Source: Fimbriosthenelais zetlandica (taxonomy: Eukaryota). From it: a DNA stretch of 64,000 bases. The stretch's first letter is position 1. The number at the start of each line of letters is the position of its first letter. This document shows, piece after piece, positions 26,601-38,669 of the stretch. Under the pieces are notes generated by a model, which was given only the letters and a program-made list of their open reading frames with translations, was not told the origin of the DNA and searched no databases. Made by a program: the position numbers and the translations under genes. Where the stretch lies: the NCBI GenBank assembly GCA_977030845.1, contig OZ365116.1, positions 21,080,001 to 21,144,000 of the forward strand. Direction: 5' to 3'.

Positions 26601-29029
26601 AACGATCGGAATACATCCTTGCTACCTTTTAAAAGGACTATTTAATTAAAACCTTTCTAAAAAGTTATTGCCCTGTTGTTGCATCTCCCTCTGTGTTCTT
26701 GTGCTCTCGCTTTATGCCCTTACGGCCCCTGTTCTTGTTCCCCTATTGCCATTTTTACTGTAGTCCTATTGCCACTCGTCTTGCCCCGCCCATTCTCTGC
26801 CCCTAGCTCCTGTTCTCTTCTAGGATTAAGTCCTCATAAGACGCCTTTATAACGTAGTTAACCGTGACCTTGTCAATGATAAAAACCAGTCATGATTCTC
26901 ACCGCTTTCCTCTCATCGATCCATCGCAGCAACCCTGACAACCGTGACGCGTGGAATTGATCATCCTGTAAAAAGTGGTTCAAAAATCATGCACATTTGT
27001 ATTACTCCATTTTTCATTTACTATCTTCACTATCTTAAATCATATGGATATAATATTCCCCTTTTTTTTGAAAAATTGTCCATATAGCTCAAATATATTT
27101 TCGTAAAATATATCTTGTAAAATATAAAATTGAACAACTACTCCAGTGCAAGCCTTTGAGTGTTCAGCCAGCTTCAGTTCTGCTTTCTGATTGGCTGATA
27201 CTAATCTTGTGGGTTCGGGGACTGGGAAAATCTTGTTTTCTCACAGATTGCTGTTTTGCAAGTTAATATCGTATTTTTAACTACCTTCTCAAGCTCTTCA
27301 AAGAGCGCCGAGTGACCAGATTCGTGGTTCAAATCTGAGAGCTATGATTGCTTGAGTTACCAAAACGTCTCAGTCTGAACCAGGATTAGTTTGCAAAAGA
27401 AGCCCTTTTTGTAGATAGCAGTATCAGCTATATATCCTTGTTCAGGGATCTATTTTTAATCTGTCAGTTGTGTTTCCACAAAGAGAATAACCTTTATTTT
27501 GTTTGGAATGTAGCAGACAGTATGCTGTTCGGATTACCGCTGGGATGTCAATCAAGATGATGATTGCTTTTGACACTGTCGCTACATTTACATCATCCAA
27601 CTGAATGCTTTCAGTGTCAAATCTTTTATCGGAGAAAATGTTTCCTTAATAGATGATCTGTCTTCTTTGTAAAGACAGAAATTGTGGATTTGTATCAAAT
27701 CTGGCAGCTTTGATCAATTGCATGGATTATTCCAGAGGATATTGATCTGAATGATATAAATACGTTTGACACAGAAGCTGTGTGATTTTCTCAAAGGTTG
27801 CTTTTTGATGCCTCTGTTTTATAAGAGGGGCCGCTTTAATTATGTCTTTTCAGGCAGTAAGATTTCGATTATTAAGTCTTAGTTTTGTTTCACATCTGAA
27901 TATTCGCTGATGGCTTGCCTGTCAATTTGAATATCCACAGGGAATGGCCTCTCCTCTCAGCTATCAACTGCCATTTACACAAGCTCTTTGCTTTAGCCAA
28001 TTATTATAAGAATAACAACATTATTAATAGCTAACTACTATTATTGTTGCTTAGTTAAACGACTTTATTACGATTTAGGTGGTTTTCAAGTTGATAGAGT
28101 CAGCTTTAAGATAATAGGTCTTCTTCCCCTGCCTCTATCTGCCTCTCTTTCTCACACTCTCGTTATTGCGGGCCATCTCACATGCTCTCTTCCTCTCTCT
28201 CTCACACGACTTCTCTTTCTCTACCTCTCACGCTCTCCTCGTCTGTCTCTATCTTTCTCCCTCTGCTTCTGAGGTGAAAACTCCCCTCGTCATCAGCCTG
28301 ATCATTAAACGTGGAATATTTCCCCGTCTTTTGCCTCAATACAATCCCCTCTTCATCCCAATCCCCCAAATTTACACGGACCCTGACTTTGCTACGGGGC
28401 CTTGTAAATACTATCTTTTGGTCCTGGAGCAGATCTGATCTTCACTGGGTGCTTAGATGGATAAATCAGGTTGGTTTTGAATCTGGGCCACGTCTTCAGC
28501 CTCTGAAATTGATTTACCAGTTCATGAGAGGGATTTGGGATTCCCGAGGACTTTACTATAGATCCCCTAGCACTCTTCGTCGATCCAGTATTGAACATAC
28601 ATTGAAAAATGCCTATTCATGATTTATTTTGCAATAGAGCAATAAAGGATCACTACACACATATATGTTGCTAGCTGCAGAACTATCCCCACGTGAAGCT
28701 AAAATATTGCAGAATGAAATCTATCACTGCATAATGAAAAGACAAAGATGATCATTTCGTGATAATTTTGTTTTATTTTCGCATTATTTCCAGCTTTGCA
28801 ATTCCACTTCACATGAATACATCCACATATACACTTGTCTAGATCGATGCGACATTTCTTGAGTATTTGAGGTCCATTTTTCTTATCTGAAGTAATAAAA
28901 TACTGAATAACAACAAGTATTTATGTATATATTTAATAGATGACAGAAATCCTAGGCATTTTCTATTATGATGCCCTCAATTATATAATACATTATATAT
29001 ATCAGTATTAAGGTCCTGCCATATCCTAT

Positions 29030-29300
29030 TAATCATCCAAAAATTACCAGACAATATATCAACATATAATCCATTATCATTCTGTACCACAGTCTTACCT
29101 CTCACTCTACACTGTGAAAAGTGACTGTCATTTCCTCTAGTAGAAGAGATCTTTATATTGACTCTTACTCTTGGGTGAATTAACGTGGAATTACTATGTT
29201 TTATTGTACAGTATACAATCATCTGGCAATCCACTCCCGAGAAAGGTTGAAATTGAAGCAATTCAAGAGCGTGTCTAGCGGAAATGAAGAATCTTTTGAT
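29030..29300 (+). pseudogene. Possible decayed LINE RT C-terminal fragment
   Basis: VQYTIIW (~LEY...+W) followed, with a frameshift, by EIEAIQERV*RK (~LE.IQKRA.R). Weak. Confidence 0.3.
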
Positions 29301-29690
29301 CACTTATAATCCAGTTTCTCACGCACATAACAAACAACCATAATTAGGGATTGGTTAATTAAGAATATGATGATTTCACAGCCTCTGTGATGACATAATT
29401 TAATACTGCGCCTTAGAGCCGTAACTTTACGGTAGAAAACAGGAATATAATACTAATTACTAAGCAATAGAATGTATAATGATTACATACATACACCTAC
29501 TATCATACTTCAAAAAAGGTGTTTATCAACATTTTTATTTTATAATCTTATAACTTTGTGTTATCTTAAAAAATCACAATTACCGTACATTTTCAAGCAG
29601 AAATTTGTTGGAAGGAGAGACCATGGATCACAATATGTCATTCAATTCATTTACACTGACATTTCTAATAATGTTTTGTTTTTCTTACAG

Positions 29691-29732
29691 TGTGCTGTTT
29701 CAGGTCTTTAACATTCAGCATTCCTAGCAGAG
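29691..29732 (+). other. Candidate 42-nt internal exon of an unidentified plus-strand transcript
   Basis: Branch-like cactgac/ctaat, then tgttttgtttttcttacag acceptor ending at 29690, and donor AG|GTGAGT at 29733. One frame open (CCFRSLTFSIPSR). Confidence 0.4.
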
Positions 29733-32700
29733 GTGAGTTTTTTAAAATCCCTGAATTGTATAGATAAATCTAAGAAAGTGAGCATGCATTAGCTTAAGAG
29801 TTATTACTAAATCATAATTATTGGTCCACATATCAGTCAGTCTTTAAAGTCTGAAAGTCTGATAGGAAAGAAGCTTAATTAACCCAATTTCTGTCAGTAA
29901 CCCACTTGATTTAAACAAAAACTGACAAACCTAATTTGTGCCTTGGACCTGAGGTGTGTCCCATTGAGCACCTTGATCAGTATTTCCACTTGAGCACAGT
30001 GTTCCCGCAAAACTCTCTTTGATTCTGTCGCTCATACCCAATTGTCCTTTCAAGACTTACTTTGAAGTCAATACGCCAAGGACTCGAAAGCATTTTCCGC
30101 CGGCTCCATTTAAAGTATTCATTCTCAAAGAATGCTGGTAAAATATCTCGCCATTAAGATCTGAGGTTATAGTCGAGGGAAATTCTGTTAAAAATACCAA
30201 CTATAAAAGATTGACCTCTGAACTAATCTGAGTGAAACATCTAAGGCAATTGCTAATGGATGGATACAGGATGCCCTATGAGGCATAGCTCTCTCTGAAG
30301 TAACTCTCTCTCTCTCTCCCCAACTGCCTTTATTCCTCCAGCCTACCACATGCTTTGATACATGCACACTGTTAAAAGTATTGACGGTCTACATAATCCA
30401 TTTTTATACCACATGATTATATAGTGCACCTCTATGGTGACCCATGCATGGTCCATATTCCATTCCACCTCATTTCAAAACATAGAATGACATTGTCGTT
30501 TTTTCGTTTCTGAAAATCAAACATGGACTTTTACATGATTGTTTTATAATGTATTTAGCCGTGCTAATACAGAACATGAGCCATGAAATTAACGCTGGCC
30601 CATAAAGATATCAGTTTCTGTGAGGACTGTGCTTAGAAAAGAGAAGAAACAGTTGAGGTGGGGTGAATAGCCTATCTCAGAGGTTAAAAGATCCAGTCTC
30701 GGGTAAAGCACAGAACTATAGTCTTTGATATACATGCTCCAATCTGGGACAGTTTCCCCCAAATCTTCTTTTTGAAGTTCATCTAAAGACAATTCAGTAA
30801 AAAGTGTGGATTCATGGTCTTCTATAGATTAATTACCATGCATATCCTTGCGCTGACACAGTAACAAAGGTCCACCTAAGCTTGGCAATAATTTTCAATT
30901 AACCATACCATACAAATTAATTAACTCGTGGCCAAATCCTTCCAGGATGTAATACCCCGAATCCTGCCCACAGTATGGTCATGTGATCTAGTGGTAAGCA
31001 TCACATGATCCTGTTTGCCCAGAACGAGGCTGAGGGATTAGACAGACGTGCATTCTGATTGGCCCGTGTTTAGAGAGGGCTGTGTAAAGCACTTAAGGAA
31101 GGAAATGTACATGTAAATAGAGTTACAAACACTATGATGTAACTTATCCCCATCCTCTGGCCTCCTAGCTTATGGCATGTACAGACCAGAGCGTTTTCAT
31201 GTTAATGCTAATAGAAGAGACCAGCCTGGTCTATGTCTTCTAATCAAGACAGCGTGCGTCTAAATCAAGCAAAAACAGACTTGATTAGAAAATCTTATCG
31301 GCACACTCGATTGCTGCTGTTTTTTCTGATGTTGGATGACAAGAAAAACACAAATAACCAGAGTCGTTCGCAGTCTGTTCCAGCCATCATTACATTAGTT
31401 TATACCCCCGGTTTATGTGGAGGAAAACAGACACACACCAGGGCCAGGTGTGTGCCTCCACACTGCCTCACACATGGCTCAATGATCCTGAACTTTCCCA
31501 GGGAAATATAACTCCCTGAGAAGAAAAGATTTACTTTCGGTTGAAAGAAGTGATATAAATATTATTAAGCCAATGCCAGGTGTTGGTCCGGACCTGGGCA
31601 ACACATTGCTGAATCCTGCCTGAGCAGCCTGGCCTCCCTTAGTGAGGATAAAAAGGGAAAATTGATGCAATCTGTGAGAAATTAACCAGCAGGGAATATC
31701 ATTAAACAATGGACAGGTGCTGAGTATGTCTGGGCAACATATTTGGCAAGATCTGGCTTTCTTTGGTTCTAATTTCCCCTGGCAAGATCTACAATCTGAT
31801 AAAGGCATTCACAGCCATTTGTTTCTCGAAATGTAATATTACCTTAAAAAATGCCTGTCTGTAGCTTTCTTTACCCCCAGGGCTTTCTCAAACATTCACA
31901 TCACTTTCATGACGTTGGAAAGGTTTTAGGGATTTCTTTCTTTCTTATACTGGAGGGCAAGATCTAATATAAATCCCTGTTTATAGACAAAGTTAAAAGT
32001 GCTGACCAGGTGAAAAAAATTCTGAGAAAACTTACGTAAGAAATCTGTATTTAATTAACACGTCTAATGATGTACATTAATTGATATAACTGAGGTGCTA
32101 AACATATTAGAATGCTATTGACACTTTGATTAATAGCTGGGATACCAGGTATAATATAATGTATGCCCCAAGGTGAAGTATCTTTATTCATTTGACTTAC
32201 AGTCTAATTCAATATCGAACCCCCACAGTCTCCAACTGTAACCCCCAAGTGGCAGACATGAGTAGAGATACATCTAAATGTGGTAATGCCTTAGGTATAA
32301 GCCATCTCCACTTGAGGGAATTTAGGACTCTCCTATCATACACAGAGGGAATACACAGAGAGCTTAAGTTGCCAAAGCGAGATAGTATTAAGGTGAAAAT
32401 TTAATATAGAGAGGAGATGCAATGCGGGGTAGATATAGAAGAGATGAGTCTAAAAGCTCGGGGTGTTAGACACCGCAATCTTTTACTCCTTGCTCGTCCA
32501 CTCTCTTAAAATCTGATCTCCACGCTGCTGCTTCCATTAGCTCTTTCTCTCAGATGAAAAGCCAACACTAAATGAATTATTTGTAACATCATAGAGAGTC
32601 TGGTTTCAGGAATTCATCCAGTCTAATGTCTGGAAGCAATGATTCATCTTCGACCAGTGGGATCGGCAATATGGCCCAAAAGTAACTTTGTTAAAGATAC

Positions 32701-33510
32701 TTGCTTTCATAATGATATGATATATTTACAAACTGTATATTAAGTTCCTCCCTGATGTTAATCTAAGTTTTAAGATGACCTTTTCCCTTTGGATGGTAGA
32801 ATCATCATGCCCAAGCTGAAACAATAACAGCAGGGCTTTGGCATTTCCACCAGTGGTAAAGCAATCAACAGAATCTAGTTAAAAATTCCCTCTGCTGAAC
32901 TTTGGACCCAAGGGTCTGTATTCAAGTGAGAGGGCAACCATGGGAATCCATTTCTCAGATGTCTAATTAAAGAAAGGTCCACTCGTTATCAGTTTAGTGC
33001 ACGCAGTCTTCAAGAGCATCAACTCTGGGCATGCACTTCCGGTTTACTTACTTCCGGTAGATGGCCTAATGGTGGGGTACTATGGGAGAGACCACTTAAA
33101 CGTCTTATAGGGGACGGGAAGCTGCATCAGGAGGGGTGAAAGGGGTAGGAGAGCAGGAGTGGAAAGAGCGGAAACGAGCAGGATAGAGCAGGAAGGAAGG
33201 AGGGCGAGCGAGGGGACAGACAGATGGGGGAAAGATGGTACTAGCACGCGGAGAGAGAGAACGATGCAATCAGACTTATTTGTCTAATGTAGGTAAAGCA
33301 GGACAAAAACGTATTACTTGTTCCTTCCCATGTTAAGCATTAGCAGTATGACATGGAGATGTTCATATAATGACCATTTGCTATACCCTTTCAAAGCTAA
33401 TATACAGACATTCGTGATTTGCCTCTCACCCATCCATTAGCGTCAGGCCTATAGACGACAATTTCCTCTCTCAAGTTGCCAATCGGAAAGTTTCCAACAA
33501 GAGACTGACT

Positions 33511-34060
33511 GATAAAAGACCAAAATTGAAAAACTGAGCATATTATATTTCACTCTCATATATATTACAAATCGAAAGTTGATACATCTTTCACATTTCA
33601 AAGCAGGTGTCCATGAAATACTTGTTAGTCTTCTATTTCTTAGTGAATTATCAGAAACGTTTCCACCTATTCTGTACACTGAAATTTCACAAGAACGCAT
33701 ATATGCATGGCATTTTGTAACTCGCATACCAATGATTCTAAATTTCTAGTGTAATCTATAGATGTGTACCCATTGCTTCGAACATGTGTGCCCGTGTATG
33801 CCCTTTTCGAGCAATGGGCAAAAAGTAATATGTGCACCAAACATAAAGTACCATATAACATATTTCATGGGGATTATAGCGCACACATTCAAACAAATGA
33901 AACGCAAGATTGATTACAACCACCCTAGATTTTACAACAGATTACAATCTTCCTTCTGTGTTGAACTTCTTAGCTATACGTTCAAGTTACTTTTTACTTG
34001 AGGTGTTGGTTTGTTCAAAGGCAAGAGTGCCTTGAAAGAAACGAGAACCTAACTTAACTC
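33511..34060 (+). mobile_element. Penelope-like element 3' relic (GIY-YIG endonuclease region)
   Basis: One reading frame (with stops) carries KRPKLKN (33514, ~+RPKNL+D), SSVIY (33745-33759), CP...K*YVHQT (33829-33843, ~C..C.K.YVGQT) and KKRE (34036-34047) in PLE order and at roughly PLE spacing. Confidence 0.55.
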
Positions 34061-34270
34061 AGGAGCGTCTTTTCGATCCATGACCAAGATAGATCGGCGT
34101 TGACCAAAAGGTAGACCTTTTAGACGTTTCCTCTGGATTCTCCCTTTGTTTTTCGGGCTCTCTTCTTCCTTTCAACTTCGTCATGCTTCTTAGTTTGCTT
34201 CTTTCATTCTGTCATACCCGTCTCTCTGTAGATTTCCTTTCATTCCAACTCCCTTTTTACCCCCCGCCCT

Positions 34271-34292
34271 TCTCTCTCTCTCTCTCTCTCTC
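34271..34292 (+). repeat. (TC)n microsatellite within a pyrimidine-rich tract
   Basis: ~11 TC units inside a CT-rich region at ~34130-34320. Confidence 0.95.
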
Positions 34293-35357
34293 TTCTTTCC
34301 TCCTCTCATTCTCTCTCAGCTCCCACTCACTCTACCATACATTATTCCACCTATAATATTGACAGATGAAGACCCAACAACTCCAGTGCTCCCATTGACA
34401 CATTGAAAGACAGGTCTACATATTGATATAAAGCTAAAACCATAGCAGCGCCTGCGCTTTTCAGGCCAGTCAACACTATGGTATACCAACTCAATAGACC
34501 CCACTCCATAACCGCGCTCAATACCAATCTATTTGCTGAACAGCTCAATACTCTTGCCCATTTGAACATTCTTGTATGTTCGCTCATATTCAGACACAAT
34601 CATCTCTGCTTTGAGGGATCAATTTTACTGGCCTGAGATAATTTATAGTGGAATAGAAGGTAGATTGAATATCATATATGTATATATTATGCCTTTCTAT
34701 GAGGAGTTTCTCTATACTCTACATAAAATATTTGACGGACTTTAACCAATTATATTCTGAAATCACTGCTGTGAGCGCCCGTGCAATAAGTCAATTCAAA
34801 ATCAAAATTGTTCTAGGCATATACCTAAAGTTTTATCTGTGATGACAAATAAGGCAAATTACATCATAAAAACTCCACCCTTCATTAATACTCACGAAAT
34901 GCTACCACACTCGGTAATTATCAACACAAATTATCTCGCTAAGATTCTTTCTTCCATGCATTCAAGTATATAATTTGTTGATACAGAAAGCAGTACGTAG
35001 TAATGTACAATAGTAAAATGCATTTTAACGTTCAAGCTGATTTTGTTACGCGACTTAATAAATATGGAGATCACATTATCCATTAATAGTTGCCATTTAT
35101 ATTGCACAAAAATCAGACAAACTTCAATAATCCACTAAGGAGTATGATCAACCAGTTTGATATTTTGATTCCATTGTCATCAATCGTATATCAAGACTTT
35201 ACTTTTCAAGACAGAATATAAATTTGAACTGTGATTCAAGATCAGACACTAAATGATAGACATCTTTCAGAGCAAAATATTCGACCAATACTCGCGAAAA
35301 TTACTTTACTTCAACACCCATAATTGATATTTACAAATCTTATGTCACACCTGACCC

Positions 35358-35402
35358 GATTGGCTGATTTATCATGTTGTCTTGGCAACAAAGGAGCCAA
35401 TC
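35358..35402. promoter_or_regulatory. X-box-like site flanked by two CCAAT boxes
   Basis: gattggctga (35358), GTTGTCTTGGCAAC (35376-35389; RFX X-box consensus with 1-2 mismatches) and agccaatc (35395). Confidence 0.3.
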
Positions 35403-36869
35403 CCCCTCGCCTACCTTTCATGTTCTGAACCCTGCCGACCTTGCCAAGCGGCTTTCTCCTTGGCTAAGCTGTTGGCCTGGGAGTCGTTAAGTTCCGATTC
35501 TCCAGTAAGGATCCCCAGGAGTTTTCGTGACCGTAGCCGGGCCATTAATGATCGTCTCTGAAGGTGTTAGATGGATCGATGCACTGAGATAGGCTGCCTT
35601 TTGAGACAAAAAGAACGCTTGATGGTTGCTTTCGGAAGGACACTGCTTTGAGTCTGTACCTGTCCTCGACTTATTTCCCTCCCTGTAGGTGTTTCCCTCT
35701 CCCTTCTACTGAAGCTCCTTTGAGATCAATGTCCTTTATCTTGCATATTCACGATTATTACAGATTGTCCTTTGTCTCAACTTTCTGCGCCTGGTCTTTC
35801 CGTGTGGAGTACTTGTGTAGACTGCCTGTGATCGTCATTAGGCATTCAGCACGCAATGCCTTCTTCATCCTTATCTTTTTTTAGTTTCACGCGCTTTGGT
35901 CATTTTCCAAGTACTCACAACAGGCATATTGCGTGTGGTAACTATGGCTTACATTGTTAAGATTTAGGTATTGAATTAATCATACAAATCATCCAATTTT
36001 GATCAATAAACATTAATGATTAAGAGTAAAGGGATGATTTGCCCTTTAGGAAATCAAGAAGCAGCAAATCTGCCTTTAGCAATCCCTCTTCGTCTCTCAT
36101 CTTTTCTCTGTCTTCTGCCCCATCTTTCCCCCTGTCCCTTTCTTCCCAAAAATACTTTGGGCAATTGATTCACCCTACATTCGCAGTCGGAAGGATTCCT
36201 CTGTGTTTCCATTCCAATGATTCTGCAGGAAGGTACATGCATGCTAAAGACCTCTGGGAACTAAACGATATTATCCATAACAAATTATGTTCATCACCCG
36301 AGTGGAAGGTGTATTGAGAAGTTAGCTTTATGATCTAGCTTTCAGAGGTATGCCACAGACGAGCGGGGTCGGCCCTAGGTGCTATTCCTGCTTTCTGCAG
36401 TCGGTCCCTGGAGTCACACCATTGTGCCTCCAGCTCCAGGGGAATATACATCGATCCTCCGCCTAATCTACCATGCTCCAGGGTTACTCATTTATATACA
36501 TATATACGGCTACCATCATATGTACAGCTATTGGAAAGTGGAAAAAAGTATCCCAATCATGATGTACAGCAGTGCTCTAACCGAGGAGCAGTTGATACTT
36601 TCCACTGGGGGTCATTTTCTTGTAGTAAATGCAAGTTCAGGCTAGTCTAGGCCAGTATATGAACAAGATAAGGTGGTAAAGTAGATAAAGTATTGATATA
36701 GTGGTCACTGAGGCATGTGATGAAGTGGCCAACTCACATCTCATGGCGTCTGTTAGATAATATATCTAAAGATACCGAGATCGCCTACATCGTTATTAAC
36801 CCATTAGAGGTTAATATCGGCTTCTTTCTGTGATAGTGTATTAAAGCTTAAGCCACCTAACCTCCAGCA

Positions 36870-38669
36870 TCATACCATAGAATCCTTGGCTCCCCTCGTA
36901 CCTTTATACGTCCTCACTTTAGTCACTCGTGTCTGTTTCTCATAACTTTGCTCTGGCGATTCCAGAGCTTTCATACAGAGTAGATTGACAAGGATCTGTC
37001 TGAACTTAGTGCTGCAGAAACAATAAATGATGAAGTTCATCGAGGCGTTGGCCACCACCATCAAGTCACTGATGCGTTCATAGAAAAAGAAGGCATTAGG
37101 ACAGACTCTCTTACTCATGTGGAGGAAACTGAAGAGGCTCTGTGTAATGAGAGCGGGTGTCTGACTGATGACAAACACGATGACCACCACGATGAGCACC
37201 AGGGTGATATCGTCCTCAGACCGGCTCTGAGAGTCCACACTACTGCTGATCAGCTGGGCTCGCTTCTTCTTCGTTTTTCTCAGAGCCTTAATGAGCTTGT
37301 AATTAAGGATAATGAGCGTAACCAGAGGTATAAGGAACATGACTAGGAAGTAGAGGGCGTTGGCATAGACAATCTGATACACAATGTTTTTGGCAAACGG
37401 AGTGAGTTCAGCCCTTGGGATGGTTCGGTTATCAGGGGTGACGATGGTGGTCACTCTGTATTCAAAAAACCTGGGCAGGTTGAATAAGATTGAAAAAGTG
37501 GCCACGAAGATGACATGGCGACGCGCGTGATAGATTGAGCAGAGATCGGAGGCCTCGTACGGCCGACAAACCGATATGTATCTATTGACCGTCACTAGCA
37601 CTGTTAGGTATATAGAACCTGTCTCAGATATCAGAGCAAATGCAAACACATACGATCCCATGTAGGGGAATACAGAGTCGAGGCTTTTGAACCAGCCTGT
37701 AAACATGTGGATGGATGTTAATACTCGTAGTAAGAACACTGTGACGAGGAACATGGTGTCCGCTAACTCCAGCGACACTAGCAGGAAAGGTGTGGCTGTT
37801 TTTGACTTATCACGCCATAGACATATCATGGATAGGGTGTTGCCCGTAAAGCCGAATAGGCATAGACAACCCATGAAGAGGGCTTCTATAATGAAGTCAT
37901 AGAGCATACAGGTGGCCTGGTACGTCCTCTGTTCCCTGTGGTTATCATTGGTCAGGTTGTTATAAGTGTCATTAAGACCTGACTCTACAGGTCCCACGCG
38001 GTACTGAGCCCCCGCACCTCCAGCACCGTCCTGGGTGAAGATATACGACTCGTTGATCAACTCCATGGTTGGGGTAAAGTTGCCCAATATGAAACTTGGC
38101 TCTGTGGTAAAAGAAGTTGATCCTGAAGTGAAGTTGGCATAAAAGTCCAAAGTCACATTCCCACTGGTACTCCCTTGCAGCACAGAAGTGAAAAAATCAC
38201 CAGAAACATTGAACAATTCATTCAGCAAGGTTCCACTCGTGTTGAAAACTGTTTCAGTTGTAGTAAGTGTTGCATTATCACCAAGGTTGGTAACAACTCT
38301 GCCTTGGGTTGTTGCAAGGCTGTTGAGGTGTGTTTGGAGAGTTGTTGCAGCTGACTCGGCAAGTGTGGAGAGTTGAGAGAGCGCAGTGGAAATGAGAGAT
38401 GGGAGAACAGAAGTGCTGTTGTTGAACCTACTCTCCTCCTCCTTCTCCCCCTTCTCCTCCTCTTTGCTGCTGGCATTAACCGACCAACTCCCAGCCACTG
38501 CTTCCAATGCTGCTGCCGCACTTTTAGTTACCATTTTCGCCGCCACGTGTCCCCATCGACCAACAGTGCTTGTGGTCAAGGGCGACTCCAGCGCCGTGCT
38601 GGCGTTGGTGGCCGTTTCTGGAGTTAATAACGTCGCCATTGGTACTATTGCAGTCATCAATGATTTCAT
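36870..38669 (-). CDS. Class A (rhodopsin-like) peptide GPCR, FMRFamide-receptor/sex-peptide-receptor-like group, with long Ser/Thr-rich N-terminus; single coding exon
   Basis: The only long ORF in the window (599 aa). Seven hydrophobic segments from ~aa 255, with class A landmarks: TM1 GN (FTGNTL), TM2 LxxxD (SLELAD), TM3 NRY (DRY variant) followed by ISVCRP, TM4/ECL2 NLPRFFEY (typical of FMRFamide-receptor-like proteins), TM5 FLIP, TM6 FxxxxxP (FVISQTP), TM7 NASMNFIIY, helix 8 KFR. An in-frame TGA at 38702-38700, in the same exon, shows the ORF cannot extend upstream. Ligand and orthology are not determinable from sequence alone. Confidence 0.93.
   Translation of the reverse strand: MKSLMTAIVPMATLLTPETATNASTALESPLTTSTVGRWGHVAAKMVTKSAAAALEAVAGSWSVNASSKEEEKGEKEEESRFNNSTSVLPSLISTALSQLSTLAESAATTLQTHLNSLATTQGRVVTNLGDNATLTTTETVFNTSGTLLNELFNVSGDFFTSVLQGSTSGNVTLDFYANFTSGSTSFTTEPSFILGNFTPTMELINESYIFTQDGAGGAGAQYRVGPVESGLNDTYNNLTNDNHREQRTYQATCMLYDFIIEALFMGCLCLFGFTGNTLSMICLWRDKSKTATPFLLVSLELADTMFLVTVFLLRVLTSIHMFTGWFKSLDSVFPYMGSYVFAFALISETGSIYLTVLVTVNRYISVCRPYEASDLCSIYHARRHVIFVATFSILFNLPRFFEYRVTTIVTPDNRTIPRAELTPFAKNIVYQIVYANALYFLVMFLIPLVTLIILNYKLIKALRKTKKKRAQLISSSVDSQSRSEDDITLVLIVVVIVFVISQTPALITQSLFSFLHMSKRVCPNAFFFYERISDLMVVANASMNFIIYCFCSTKFRQILVNLLCMKALESPEQSYEKQTRVTKVRTYKGTRGAKDSMV

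Noticed and set aside
27150-27990. Long, partly open minus-strand frame that looks coding
   Set aside because: Multiple stops and no motif I can assign; possibly a decayed TE but unsupported.
30589-30830. Acidic 67-80 aa minus-strand ORF as a possible exon
   Set aside because: No good acceptor or donor and no recognisable homology.
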